Assembly: GCA_003222245.1 (NCBI GenBank)
Contig: QHVH01000011.1
Location: 5,910-69,909 of the forward strand
Reading direction: 5' to 3'
DNA length: 64,000 nt
DNA from: Blastocatellia bacterium AA13
Lineage (GTDB): Bacteria > Acidobacteriota > Blastocatellia > UBA7656
The number at the start of each line of letters is the position of its first letter. Position 1 is the stretch's first letter. A model generated the notes under the pieces. That model was not told the DNA's origin and searched no databases. It worked only from the letters and a program-made list of their open reading frames with translations. Below are positions 41,428-51,491 of the stretch, piece after piece. The translations under genes were made by a program, and so were the position numbers.

Positions 41428-43126
41428 CAGCAGCGAGCTCCAACCGATTACGGACGAGGTCGGGCATTCCGCCAATCGTTCCGTGCACACCGAACCCGCG
41501 CGCGGCAAGTTTCGGTGGCTCGCTGTTTCTTCCGGCCTGCTTCTGATTATTCTTATCACGATCGGAACGATACTGGCCGTCGTCAGACGGCCTTCAAGCA
41601 TCAGCCAATTGGTCGTTCGAACCGTTCCTCCCGGAGCGGAAATAACTCTCGACTCCCGCCAGCTTGGCCCGTCTCCAATCAAGCTCGAAGGCGTTTCCGT
41701 TGGCGCGCATCGGCTAACGATCACCAAGGATGGCTTCGAGCCTATTTCGGAAGATATCACGATCTCCGGATCGGATCCTGTCGAGCGATGGCTTAAGCCG
41801 ATTTTAGACGCCGGCGGCCTTTCTGCCGAAGAGCAGATAAAGCAGTACACGACCAGCGCGGATGAAGCCTTCAAGAACGGCGATTACTGCATGCCGTATG
41901 ATTCGAGCGCCCTTGGGTATGCCGATAAGATTTTGCAGCTCGAACCTTCCAATCAGTTTGCCAAAGATATGCGAGAGACGGTTAGACGAGCGCTCTATCG
42001 AAGCGCCCTGGACGCAAGTCAGCGCGGCAATCTGGCGCTTGCACAGGACTACTACGCCGCGCTGGTCGAGCGTTACCCGGAGGACGATGAAGCAAAAGCC
42101 GCCGCGGTCAAGTTGGAAGGCCAATTGGCCGCGAGAAAAGGCGAGGTGCGCGATCTTGTGCGAACCGCTCAGGAGGCGTTCCGCGCGGGCGACCTTAACG
42201 AGGATGAACGCAGCGCTTACTTTTACGCCAAGCAAGCTCTTGCGCGTGATCGCCAGAACGTCCCCGCAAAGGAAATTTTGAACTCGGTGAAGGAGAGACT
42301 GTTAACGGCCGGTGATTCCGCGTGGGCACGCGGTGAGTTCGATCTCGCTCTCAAGAATCTTGAGCAGGCGAGCCGTCTGTTTCCCGAGGATAAAGCACTC
42401 AGGCCTCACATCAGAGATCTAGAAGCGAGGCGCAATGGAGAAAATCGCGGCACGAGAGACCCGGCCGCTCGACGCGTCCAGGGTCTAGCGGAGTATGGCA
42501 GAGGGGAGTTCGCGGAGGCGATCTCCGACCTCAAGTACTCAATCGAAAGCGGCCAGGGCGCGCCCGGTCCGGAGGTCTATTTCGCTCTGGGTCGGTCTTA
42601 TCAGATGCTCCATCAACTCGACTACGCCGAGCATTACCTTCTAAGAGTCACCGGCTCCACTTCCGAAGCTCATCCATCCGCGATTGCCGCTCTCGGAGAT
42701 ATAGCCCTTGAACGCGGAGACCAACCGACCGCTCTTCGCCAGTATAAAAGGGCGCTTTCACTCGGGGGCAGCACTCTATATCCCGCGGCTGATCTCGAAG
42801 ACAAGATCGCCAGAATCGAAGTGCGAACTCAACAGGAAAAATCTCCGGAACCCGCGCCAATCTCGGTTCAGGTTAAGCATCAGCACGGCGGGATTCTGAA
42901 GGGGTCATGCTCGGGAACGTTGACGGTAAATTCGACCGGAGTACGATTCGACGGAACCGAGCACACCTTCGCTTCCAACCTGGTGACGGTTGGAGTCAGC
43001 GTGTCCGGAAGCGAAATGACTATCAAGCTTCCGAACCGCTCGGAGAAATTCAGCCTCTCACACGGAGATGCCGAGAGATTCATGAACGCTCTGACACGGT
43101 TTCAGGGAGAAGCCTCGAAGAATTAG
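41408..43126 (+). CDS. Membrane-anchored PEGA-domain + TPR protein
   Basis: Single TM, VRTVPPGAEITLD...G.HRLTITKDGF (PEGA), multiple TPR-like helices. Confidence 0.75.
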   Translation: MDAPKADSSELQPITDEVGHSANRSVHTEPARGKFRWLAVSSGLLLIILITIGTILAVVRRPSSISQLVVRTVPPGAEITLDSRQLGPSPIKLEGVSVGAHRLTITKDGFEPISEDITISGSDPVERWLKPILDAGGLSAEEQIKQYTTSADEAFKNGDYCMPYDSSALGYADKILQLEPSNQFAKDMRETVRRALYRSALDASQRGNLALAQDYYAALVERYPEDDEAKAAAVKLEGQLAARKGEVRDLVRTAQEAFRAGDLNEDERSAYFYAKQALARDRQNVPAKEILNSVKERLLTAGDSAWARGEFDLALKNLEQASRLFPEDKALRPHIRDLEARRNGENRGTRDPAARRVQGLAEYGRGEFAEAISDLKYSIESGQGAPGPEVYFALGRSYQMLHQLDYAEHYLLRVTGSTSEAHPSAIAALGDIALERGDQPTALRQYKRALSLGGSTLYPAADLEDKIARIEVRTQQEKSPEPAPISVQVKHQHGGILKGSCSGTLTVNSTGVRFDGTEHTFASNLVTVGVSVSGSEMTIKLPNRSEKFSLSHGDAERFMNALTRFQGEASKN

Positions 43127-43148
43127 TCCGGGACGCCGCGCCGATAAT

Positions 43149-44456
43149 TCACGAAGGCGCGTTATCGAACTTGCTCAGAGCGGCGGTAACGACTGCGCTC
43201 AGTTCCACGGGATAACAGATGCGGTCTATTCGATAGCCGCGCATTGCCCTGACAACCTCGGACACCTCGCTAATCTCGCTGATGCCGCCGCGGGGGTTTT
43301 CAACATAAATCAACTTCCGAGCGTCTGCTTCCGCGGGCGAGTAATATCCGTAGAAGGGTACATCGGCGGCGCGATCCACGATTACATAATAGTTTGGATC
43401 GAAGCCCTCCTGTTCGGCGCCTGCTCGAGCATCGTCCACCAGGGCCTGCGCTTGTTCGGCCGACAGGACGAAATCGGCGGCCTTGAATAATTTTCGGTGC
43501 ACGAATCGCCTGCATAGATCAGAGAGCACGGGGTCGGGCTCATCCATCCATTGTTTCATGAAGAACGTGACGTCGGTGTCGTCCAGGCTCAGATATTCTT
43601 GTGTCGTCACTTCACTGCCCGCCATCATTTTCTCGATAGCGGAGCCCAAATAGAAGTTCAGCTTTCCGTCGATCATCAGATGCCTTGCACGAGTGAGCGC
43701 CGCGACGAGGACGGCTTCCGCCGAGCGGAGGGTCCTGTGAAAATAGACCTGTCTGAACATGTAGTAGCGCGCATGAAGATATTCCTCGACGGCGTAAAGC
43801 CCTTTGGCCTCGACGTAGATCCGATCGTTCAACTCGTCGATTCGGAGAGTGTGAAGGACCCATTCGAGGTCGTAGACTCCATACTTCGCGCCGGTCATCA
43901 AGCTGTCCCGCAACAGGTAATCCATCCGATCACAATCAAGTTGCGAGGAAACGAGTTGTGCAATGTAATCAGGTTTGTAGGAGTGATCGAAGAGCCCGCC
44001 GGTCTGTTTTGGAAGAGTTTTATCGTGGGCGCGAAGAACCTGATTGACCTCGGTGCTTTCGTCCAATATGATGCGCCGGCTCCAATCCTCGTGATGGAAG
44101 TTGAAGACTTTTTCCATCACATGCGAAAAGGGTCCGTGGCCAAGATCGTGCAGAAGCGCGCCGGCTCGGCCCGTGATTCTCGCTTGGGATGTTATTTTGC
44201 ATTGAGCGCTCAGCAGGCCGAGTGCTCGCGTCATCAGGTGCATCACTCCGAGAGAATGGGTGAAGCGGCTGTGCTCGGCTCCCTGATAAGTGAGCATTGC
44301 CAGCCCGAGCTGCTTGATACGACGCAGCCTCTGGAATTCCGCGCAGTCAATTAGGTCGACGATCAGCCGATCATCCGGCAGGCTTTCATCGAGAGAGATG
44401 ATATTGTGTAAGGGATCGCGGTAGTTTCGTTGAGGCAACTCTGACCTTTGCAGCAC
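43149..44456 (-). CDS. HD-domain phosphohydrolase (SAMHD1/YwfO-like dNTPase); start uncertain
   Basis: FQRLRRIKQLG, HSRFTHSLG, LHDLGHGPFSH, LDCDRMDYL.RD, VYFH. Confidence 0.88.
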   Translation of the reverse strand: MLQRSELPQRNYRDPLHNIISLDESLPDDRLIVDLIDCAEFQRLRRIKQLGLAMLTYQGAEHSRFTHSLGVMHLMTRALGLLSAQCKITSQARITGRAGALLHDLGHGPFSHVMEKVFNFHHEDWSRRIILDESTEVNQVLRAHDKTLPKQTGGLFDHSYKPDYIAQLVSSQLDCDRMDYLLRDSLMTGAKYGVYDLEWVLHTLRIDELNDRIYVEAKGLYAVEEYLHARYYMFRQVYFHRTLRSAEAVLVAALTRARHLMIDGKLNFYLGSAIEKMMAGSEVTTQEYLSLDDTDVTFFMKQWMDEPDPVLSDLCRRFVHRKLFKAADFVLSAEQAQALVDDARAGAEQEGFDPNYYVIVDRAADVPFYGYYSPAEADARKLIYVENPRGGISEISEVSEVVRAMRGYRIDRICYPVELSAVVTAALSKFDNAPS

Positions 44457-44506
44457 TCAGCGGTTAGAACCCGCGAAAGACAAGGTGTTACATCGTTCGC
44501 TGAATA

Positions 44507-44583
44507 TGGTGCGCCCGGAGAGATTCGAACTCCCGACCTTCTGGTTCGTAGCCAGACGCTCTATCCAACTGAGCTACGGGCGC
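44507..44583 (-). tRNA. tRNA-Arg(ACG)
   Basis: GCGCCCGTAGCTCAGTTGGATAGAGCG-TCTGG-CT-ACG-AA-CCAGA...GTTCGAATC...GGGCGCACCA; 77 nt. Confidence 0.97.
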
Positions 44584-44620
44584 GATTAATGATTCACAAG
44601 GATCAGCGTAACAGTCGTGG

Positions 44621-44650
44621 ATTATCGCAAAGCCCTTGAAATATTGTCAA
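44621..44650 (-). promoter_or_regulatory. Sigma70-type promoter for tRNA-Arg(ACG)
   Basis: TTGACA-N18-GATAAT on the minus strand. Confidence 0.55.
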
Positions 44651-44702
44651 CGAACCGGCTTTTTGCTTTAAATGGTTTTCGCATCTTGAAAGTATTTTAG
44701 CG

Positions 44703-45386
44703 ATGGCAATGGCGAGTCTGGAACAGAAAGTCGCGCTGGAGAACGTCTCTTATGTAATTCAGAACCTGAGGGCCGTCTACGGAATTCCGGAGCGCTCCAT
44801 AACTCACAAGCCGCTCGACGAATTAATCCTGACGATCCTCTCTCAGTCGACAACGAACATCAACAGCAATCGCACCTTCTCGCGGCTTAAGAGCAGATTT
44901 ACTTCCTGGGACGAAGCGCGGATGGCGGATTGCGCCGATATCGAAGAGGCAATTAAGTCAGGCGGTCTCGCCAAACAAAAGTCAGGGCGAATTAAATCCA
45001 TCTTGAGCGAGATACACAGTCGAACCGGAGAAACCAGTCTCGACGTTTTATGCGAGCTCGATGTTCCCCAGGCTTCGGCCTTTCTCTCGAGCCTGAAAGG
45101 GGTTGGTCCGATCACGGTTGCCTGCACTCTCCTGTTTGGCTGTGGCCATGCGGTCTTTCCGGTCGACGTTCACATACTGCGTATCGCCAATCGGCTCGGG
45201 CTGATCTCCGAGCGCTGTACGGACTCTGAAGCTCATCGAATCCTGGCCGCGGCCGTGCCCGCCGAAAACTACTATGAGGCCCACATCAATATGATCAGAC
45301 ACGGCCGCGAGATCTGCCGGCCGCGTGCGCCGAAGTGCGAAACGTGCTGCCTCGTCGATTACTGCGAGTTCTACAGATCGCTATAA
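44703..45386 (+). CDS. Endonuclease III-like HhH-GPD DNA glycosylase
   Basis: LTILSQ, GVGP.T, FPVDVH, C-terminal CRPRAPKCETC.L...C 4Fe-4S motif. Confidence 0.88.
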   Translation: MAMASLEQKVALENVSYVIQNLRAVYGIPERSITHKPLDELILTILSQSTTNINSNRTFSRLKSRFTSWDEARMADCADIEEAIKSGGLAKQKSGRIKSILSEIHSRTGETSLDVLCELDVPQASAFLSSLKGVGPITVACTLLFGCGHAVFPVDVHILRIANRLGLISERCTDSEAHRILAAAVPAENYYEAHINMIRHGREICRPRAPKCETCCLVDYCEFYRSL

Positions 45387-45425
45387 TTTCATTCAACCCA
45401 ATGCCGCGTGATAAACTGCGACTTT

Positions 45426-46463
45426 ATGCATTTGCCTGAGAAACTCCGTGTCGGCACCGTCGATATCGAGCCCAGCCTGGTGCTCGCGCCAATGGCGGGT
45501 GTTACGGACTCGTCGTTTCGCCGCCTCATAAAGGAGCTTGGCAGCGTGGGTCTGATCGTTACGGAGTTCATATCCGTTGAAGGCTTAACCCGAGGTAACC
45601 TGCGGACTCATCGAATGATGAGGTTCCTGCCGGAAGAAAGACCGATCTCGATTCAAATATTCGGCTATGACGAGTCAAGGATGGCGGATGCTGCGGTAAT
45701 CGTCGAAGAATCCGGCGCCGATATGGTCGATATCAATTGCGGGTGCCCGGCGAAAAAGGTTGTAAAAGGCGGAGGAGGGTCGTCTCTCTTAAGAGACCTG
45801 CCGCAACTGGAGAAGATTCTTCGTACGATTCGCCGCGCCGTATCAATTCCGGTAACAATGAAGATTCGTATCGGCTGGGATGACGCGACGATCAATGCCG
45901 TCGAAGTGGGCCGTTTGATAGAAGATTGCGGTGGAGACATGGTGGCGATCCATGGGCGCACACGCGTACAGGGCTACAGCGGCGAGGCCAACTGGGAAGT
46001 AATCGCCGCGGTCAAACAGGCCTTATCGATCCCGGTCGTCGGATGCGGAGATGTCACCACTCCTCTCAAGGCCATCGAACGATTGTCTGAAACATCGGTG
46101 GATGGAGTTATGATCGGCCGCGGAGCAATATCAAATCCGTGGATATTTCGACAAACGTCGGAGTTGATGGAAGGTGTAAAGCCATACGAGCCTCCTCTTT
46201 CGGAAAAACATCGCGTCTTGCACCGGTATTACGATTTGCTTCGTGACGAGCTTCCGGAAAAGGCCCTCTCCGGCAAATTGAAGCAGATGTGCGGCTACTT
46301 TACGCACGGACTGGAGGGCGGATCCAGACTGCGAGAGCGGGTATTTCGAGCCCAGACCATAAGCGAGGTATTCGATCACATCGACGGGTACTTCTCTTTG
46401 AACGCCTGTATGGTCGATCCCGCGCCGGAGAATCTTCAGTCATCCTGCATTACATCGCCATAG
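45426..46463 (+). CDS. dusB: tRNA-dihydrouridine synthase B
   Basis: LAPMAGVTD, DINCGCP.KKV, TMKIR.GWD, IHGRTR.Q.Y.G, VMIGRGA..NPW. Confidence 0.9.
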   Translation: MHLPEKLRVGTVDIEPSLVLAPMAGVTDSSFRRLIKELGSVGLIVTEFISVEGLTRGNLRTHRMMRFLPEERPISIQIFGYDESRMADAAVIVEESGADMVDINCGCPAKKVVKGGGGSSLLRDLPQLEKILRTIRRAVSIPVTMKIRIGWDDATINAVEVGRLIEDCGGDMVAIHGRTRVQGYSGEANWEVIAAVKQALSIPVVGCGDVTTPLKAIERLSETSVDGVMIGRGAISNPWIFRQTSELMEGVKPYEPPLSEKHRVLHRYYDLLRDELPEKALSGKLKQMCGYFTHGLEGGSRLRERVFRAQTISEVFDHIDGYFSLNACMVDPAPENLQSSCITSP

Positions 46464-46784
46464 CAATCGTAGCCGATGACAGTATTGCAAGAGGCGCTCG
46501 ATTCGTACGCATTCACCTCCGACGATCATCCGAACGCGGCGAATATGTCACTGAAATTTCGAGCTGACCTGTCTCGTTCTCGAGTGAGAGCGCTACCACA
46601 GACTTGGCTTCAGAAGCAAATCCTGGCCAGTGTGGCGTTTTGAATCGAGCTTGTAGGTGGAGTAAGGTACGTATTGAACAAGCGCAACAATCCATGATAC
46701 TGTGCGCGGGCGTTTGTGCCGGATGGTATACATCTTCGACTTAACCGCAACCAAGAATTCTCTTCCAGTTTGACAGTACGAGAG

Positions 46785-48176
46785 ATGAACTCAGACCTTC
46801 TTTCTTCTATTCTGACCGCAATATCAAAACGGGTAAATCACCATAGTTTTAATACCTGGTTCAAACCTATCTCGCTCGCGTCTAGAGAGAATTCAGACAT
46901 ATACCTTCGAGTTCCCTCGGAGGTATATCGCGATTGGATCAGAAATCACTATCTCGATGTTGTAGAAGAGTCGCTCGAAGAATTGCAGTTGCACGGCTGC
47001 AGAATTACATTTCTCCTCGAAGACGGTTCTACCGCGCCGCCGGCGCAATCCGCTGTACGCGCGCAGGGAGGCTCAACGGCGGTCAAAAGTGAACTAATGA
47101 CTTCTCAGCCTGAAACGCAGAGCCACAGCGTAGCCAAGCCGATCAATCAGGAGCCGTCGGATCTGCAACTCAATTTTAAGTACACGTTCGATACTTTCGT
47201 AGTTGGCTCGAGCAATCAGTTCGCCCATGCCGCCGCGGTAGCCGTCTCCGAATCGCCTTCAAAAACGTACAATCCGTTGTACATATACGGCGGGGTCGGA
47301 CTGGGCAAGACTCACCTGATGCATGCCATAGGTCACTCTCTAAAGGGCCGGAACAAGGCGATCAAATTGACATACATCTCATCAGAGAAGTTCATGAACG
47401 AGCTGATCAATGCGATCAGGTATGACAAGACCATCACCTTCCGGGAAAAGTATCGCAATATAGATGTTCTATTGATGGATGATATTCAGTTCCTTGCCGG
47501 CAAGGAACGAACCCAGGAAGAGTTCTTCCACACCTTCAATGCGCTCTATGATTCTCAAAAGCAAATCGTGATTTCGAGCGATTGCCCTCCAAAAGAGATT
47601 CCGACTCTGGAAGAAAGGCTCCATTCAAGGTTCGAATGGGGCTTGATAGCCGATATTCAGCCGCCGGATCTCGAAACCAAAGTAGCAATCCTAAAAAGAA
47701 AAGCCGAGATCGAGAAGATAGATCTTCCTGACAACGTCGCTCTCTTCATCGCCAGCAAGATCAAATCCAATATCCGCGAACTCGAGGGATCGCTGGTTAG
47801 GCTTCTTGCTTATTCCTCACTGAAAGCTATGCCCGTGTGCCTCGATCTAGCGCAGGACGTCCTGAAGAACATTATTGAAGAGGACACCGACGGAATTTCA
47901 ATCGAGTTGATTCAAAAAGCAGTCGCACAGCACTATGGCCTGAAGGTCAGCGAGCTTAAATCCAAAAACAACTCGAGAACCATCGCCGAGCCGCGTCAGG
48001 TTGCTATGTACCTTTGTAAGACTCTGACCAAGTGCAGCCTTCCGGAGATCGGCCGCGAGTTCGGAGGAAAGCACCATACGACCGTACTCCACAGCGTCAA
48101 CAAGATCACGGCGCTCTACGAAAAAGATATGGTTTTCCACAGGTTAGTTAACAACATAATTGCGGAACTGAAATGA
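46785..48176 (+). CDS. dnaA: Chromosomal replication initiator DnaA
   Basis: [59 protein letters not shown]. Confidence 0.98.
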   Translation: MNSDLLSSILTAISKRVNHHSFNTWFKPISLASRENSDIYLRVPSEVYRDWIRNHYLDVVEESLEELQLHGCRITFLLEDGSTAPPAQSAVRAQGGSTAVKSELMTSQPETQSHSVAKPINQEPSDLQLNFKYTFDTFVVGSSNQFAHAAAVAVSESPSKTYNPLYIYGGVGLGKTHLMHAIGHSLKGRNKAIKLTYISSEKFMNELINAIRYDKTITFREKYRNIDVLLMDDIQFLAGKERTQEEFFHTFNALYDSQKQIVISSDCPPKEIPTLEERLHSRFEWGLIADIQPPDLETKVAILKRKAEIEKIDLPDNVALFIASKIKSNIRELEGSLVRLLAYSSLKAMPVCLDLAQDVLKNIIEEDTDGISIELIQKAVAQHYGLKVSELKSKNNSRTIAEPRQVAMYLCKTLTKCSLPEIGREFGGKHHTTVLHSVNKITALYEKDMVFHRLVNNIIAELK

Positions 48177-48390
48177 TTTGTTATAGTTTTCCACAGCTAA
48201 TGCACAATTACGCACAAGGCTATGTTGAAAAGTCCGTGACCGAACCTCAGGGGGTCAAAAGGTCCATCGCGGCCCTCATATTTTCCACTGCAATAGTAAC
48301 AGGCCGTTCATTCTATAATTCCTTAGATACAAAGGCTTTCTCAGGGATTTCCACTTTTCCACAGGTACTACTACTAGTACTAGTTTTAAA
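48133..48390 (+). other. oriC: DnaA boxes and DnaA-trio unwinding element
   Basis: TTTTCCACA at 48133, 48187 and 48355; near-boxes at 48198, 48208, 48223 (reverse), 48281, 48347; last box followed by GG-TAC-TAC-TAC-TAG-TAC-TAG-TTTTAAA. Confidence 0.88.
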
Positions 48391-48434
48391 CCATGTTTGA
48401 TTAACCACCAGAATTAGAAAGAGGGAGAGGGGAT

Positions 48435-49550
48435 ATGGAGTTTTCCGCCAGGCGATCAACACTGCTCAGAGAGATTAATCTCTTGCAGGGCGTTGTCGAA
48501 AAGAAGAACACGATTCCGATCCTGACCAATGTGCTTATAGAAGCCTCTCAGGAGTCCGGAATCAAGCTGGTTGCGACCGATCTCGATCTAACTCTATACA
48601 CAACCTGCGAAGCGGACGTAGTAAAACCAGGTGCGATCGTCTTGCAGGCGAAGAAGCTTTTCGACGTCGTGCGCAGTTTTCCGGACTCGGACATAAAGGT
48701 ATCCAGGGGCGCGGACGACTGGGTCACCATTGTGTGCGGTTCATCAAGGTTCCGGATGATCAGCCTGGCCAAAGAGCACTTTCCGTCAACTCCTCAATCG
48801 GTCTCGGACGGCTTTGGGATTAACGGCAAGGTGTTGCACAGCCTGATCGAACGCACGATTATGGCGATAACTCAGGAAGAATCGAGATACGCGTTAGGCG
48901 GTTCTCTCTTTTCGGTGTTTTCTGACAGGCTGGAAATGGCCGCGACCGACGGGCACAGACTGGCTCTAGCCGAAGCGCCGCTGGAAAGTAATGACGGCGT
49001 CGAAAGCAAAGTGATAATACCTCGGAAGACTTTGACGATGCTGCTCCAGCTTACTTCCGCTTCTGACGACCCTGTCCGCTTCTCCAGGGACGACAATCAT
49101 ATCTTCTTCGAAGTCGGTCATAGATTATTGACCTCCAGAATGCTGGCCGGACAATTTCCAAACTATGATTTGGTAATGCCGAAGAATAATGACAAATCGG
49201 TTATCTTGCCGCGCGGCGAGCTGGCCCAGTCCATTAGGCGAGTGGCCTTGATGGCTGATGAGCGCAGCCACGGCATTCGCTTTGCGCTCAGCGACGGTAC
49301 TCTTAATCTAACTTCGCAGACTCAGGATGTTGGAGAAGCAAACGAAGCGATTCAGACGGAGTATAAGGATGAGCCGGTGCAGATTGGATTCAACTCATCC
49401 TATTTGCTGGATTTCTTAAACGTGCTGGACTGCGAGACGGTGGTGATCGAGTTGAAGGAAGAGCAGAGCCCGGCGCTCCTGAAGCCAGGTGTAAATGAGG
49501 CAGGCGCCTCCTTTAAATACGTCGTGATGCCGATGCGCTTGAGCCATTGA
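48435..49550 (+). CDS. dnaN: DNA polymerase III beta sliding clamp
   Basis: TIPILTNVL, ATDLD, AATDGHRLA, G.FPNY, IGFN..YLLD, VVMPMR; follows dnaA. Confidence 0.97.
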   Translation: MEFSARRSTLLREINLLQGVVEKKNTIPILTNVLIEASQESGIKLVATDLDLTLYTTCEADVVKPGAIVLQAKKLFDVVRSFPDSDIKVSRGADDWVTIVCGSSRFRMISLAKEHFPSTPQSVSDGFGINGKVLHSLIERTIMAITQEESRYALGGSLFSVFSDRLEMAATDGHRLALAEAPLESNDGVESKVIIPRKTLTMLLQLTSASDDPVRFSRDDNHIFFEVGHRLLTSRMLAGQFPNYDLVMPKNNDKSVILPRGELAQSIRRVALMADERSHGIRFALSDGTLNLTSQTQDVGEANEAIQTEYKDEPVQIGFNSSYLLDFLNVLDCETVVIELKEEQSPALLKPGVNEAGASFKYVVMPMRLSH

Positions 49551-49594
49551 CCTGGTACCGAGACAGCGCGAGCGACTGGATGGACAGCTATATT

Positions 49595-50338
49595 ATGTCC
49601 AGAAACGAACCCGCAAAAATACTAATCGTCGACGACAGCGATGCCGTGAGAGCCAGCGTTAGCGGGTATCTCCGGGAGATGGACTATACGGTTATAGAAG
49701 CAACGGACGGTATACAGGGTCTGAAAAAGACTCTTTCTGAAAAACCGGATCTGCTGATCCTGGATGTCGTGATGCCGGGTATGGAAGGAACTCGCTTATG
49801 TCAGATAATTCGAGAGCGCGGCATAAACACTCCGATCATTATGCTTACGGAGAAAATCAGCCTGGAAGATAAGGTGCTGGGTTTCTCATCTGGAGGCGAC
49901 GATTATCTGGCGAAGCCGTTTAGCAAGGAGGAGCTCGAGTTAAGAATCAGGGCCTTGCTTCGAAGATCGGCGGATCGAAGTACGGGTTCCGGAGCTGGAA
50001 GTATTTCAGTCGGAGACATGGAGATAGACTTCGACCGGCATAAGGTCACCGAAGGCGGCCGCGACGTTGTTTTGACGCCGACTGAATTCCGGATTCTGGA
50101 GTTATTGGCATCCACCCCTGGAAGGGCATACTCGAGGCACGAGCTTCTGAACTATGTTTGGGACAGCGCCTTTGAAGGCTACAAGCGAAACATCGATCCA
50201 CACGTAAATCGCCTGCGCAATAAATTGGAGCCAAATCCGAACCGGCCGACCTACATTCTCACGGTCTGGGGAATTGGGTACAAGCTCAACGACGCCCTGC
50301 CGCCATCGTCCGATACAGCTCGACACAATTCAATTTGA
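49595..50338 (+). CDS. OmpR/PhoB-family response regulator (orphan)
   Basis: ILIVDD, LDVVMP (phospho-Asp), DDYLAKPF, LTPTEF, H..RLR.KLE, I.TVWGIGY. Confidence 0.92.
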   Translation: MSRNEPAKILIVDDSDAVRASVSGYLREMDYTVIEATDGIQGLKKTLSEKPDLLILDVVMPGMEGTRLCQIIRERGINTPIIMLTEKISLEDKVLGFSSGGDDYLAKPFSKEELELRIRALLRRSADRSTGSGAGSISVGDMEIDFDRHKVTEGGRDVVLTPTEFRILELLASTPGRAYSRHELLNYVWDSAFEGYKRNIDPHVNRLRNKLEPNPNRPTYILTVWGIGYKLNDALPPSSDTARHNSI

Positions 50339-50458
50339 TCGGAACCATCAGTCAAATCGATAGGTGACCGTTTTTTTATCTACCGGGGTTTCCAGCGCTC
50401 GTCTACTCTACTTTTGAGATAGTGGACTTTATCGGTTCGAGATGCGTGGAATTAGTTT

Positions 50459-50473
50459 AGGCACGGGCATTGC
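50459..50473 (+). promoter_or_regulatory. Sigma54 (-24/-12) promoter candidate
   Basis: AGGCACG-GGCA-TTGC, GG-N10-GC spacing. Confidence 0.6.
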
Positions 50474-50597
50474 CAACATAGGAATCAAACACACGACAGA
50501 TGCACGTCAGGCCGCACGAGCTTTTCCTCTTTGCCTGCTAGCTTGTGCGGCCTACCTTTATGGCGAATTAATAAATCGACGGATCAAACCCAGCGCT

Positions 50598-50613
50598 TGT
50601 TTCACGTGAAACT
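50598..50613. promoter_or_regulatory. parS centromere-like site
   Basis: TGTTTCACGTGAAACT, 15/16 to the consensus TGTTTCACGTGAAACA, just upstream of parA. Confidence 0.9.
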
Positions 50614-50708
50614 CGCCGTTATCGCCGCGAATCGGCTGATTATCATTCCCAAGACCTCAGGAATACCTCAGGTTACCAAACTGGAATATTCATGATATGT
50701 TAGCCGAA

Positions 50709-51491
50709 ATGGCGAGGGTCATCGCGATTGCAAATCAAAAGGGCGGAGTCGGCAAGACCACGACCGCGATTAATCTCGCAGCCAGCCTGGCATTCGCGGA
50801 AGCTCGCGTCTTGGTGGTTGATGTAGACCCCCAGGCGAACAGCACTAGCGGATTTGGGTTGCGCGGTTCAGTCAGGCAAAGCGTCTATCATTCTTTGGTC
50901 AACGGAAATCCATTAGGAGAAACGCTTCTCGACACGGAACTGCCGAATCTCAAGATCGCGCCTTCTGAAAAAAGCCTAGTGGCCGCCGAGATAGAGCTGG
51001 TGGACCTGCCGAATCGCGAGTTCCTCCTGAAGAAACAGCTCCAGTCTCTTTTGAACGAATTCGATTACGTTCTTATAGATTGTCCTCCGAGCCTCGGCAT
51101 GTTGACTTTGAATGCGCTCGCGGCCGCAAATTCCGTGTTGGTGCCGATACAGTGCGAGTACTTTGCCCTGGAGGGTGTGACCGAACTCTGGGATACGCTG
51201 GTTCGAGTTAGGAGAACCTTTAATCCCACTCTCGCCATTGAAGGATTCCTTTTGACGATGTACGACGAGAGGACTAACCTCTCCAACCAGGTTGTTTCCG
51301 ATCTGCGCGACTTCCTGGGCAATCAAGTTTTTTCGACCATAATACCCAGAAATGTTCGTTTGGCTGAGGCGCCAAGCTTCGGGAAACCGGTTGTCCTCTA
51401 CGATATCAAATCGAAAGGCGCTGAGAGTTACCTGAGACTGGCAAGGGAGGTAATAGAAAATGTCAAGAAAGGCGTTGGGCAGGGGACTTAA
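50709..51491 (+). CDS. parA: Chromosome partitioning ATPase ParA/Soj
   Basis: NQKGGVGKTTT, DPQAN, IDCPPSLG, QCEYFALEG, IPRNVRLAEAPS. Confidence 0.96.
   Translation: MARVIAIANQKGGVGKTTTAINLAASLAFAEARVLVVDVDPQANSTSGFGLRGSVRQSVYHSLVNGNPLGETLLDTELPNLKIAPSEKSLVAAEIELVDLPNREFLLKKQLQSLLNEFDYVLIDCPPSLGMLTLNALAAANSVLVPIQCEYFALEGVTELWDTLVRVRRTFNPTLAIEGFLLTMYDERTNLSNQVVSDLRDFLGNQVFSTIIPRNVRLAEAPSFGKPVVLYDIKSKGAESYLRLAREVIENVKKGVGQGT

Noticed and set aside
48173-48400. 75-aa ORF between dnaA and dnaN
   Set aside because: Coincides with oriC boxes and trios; no coding features
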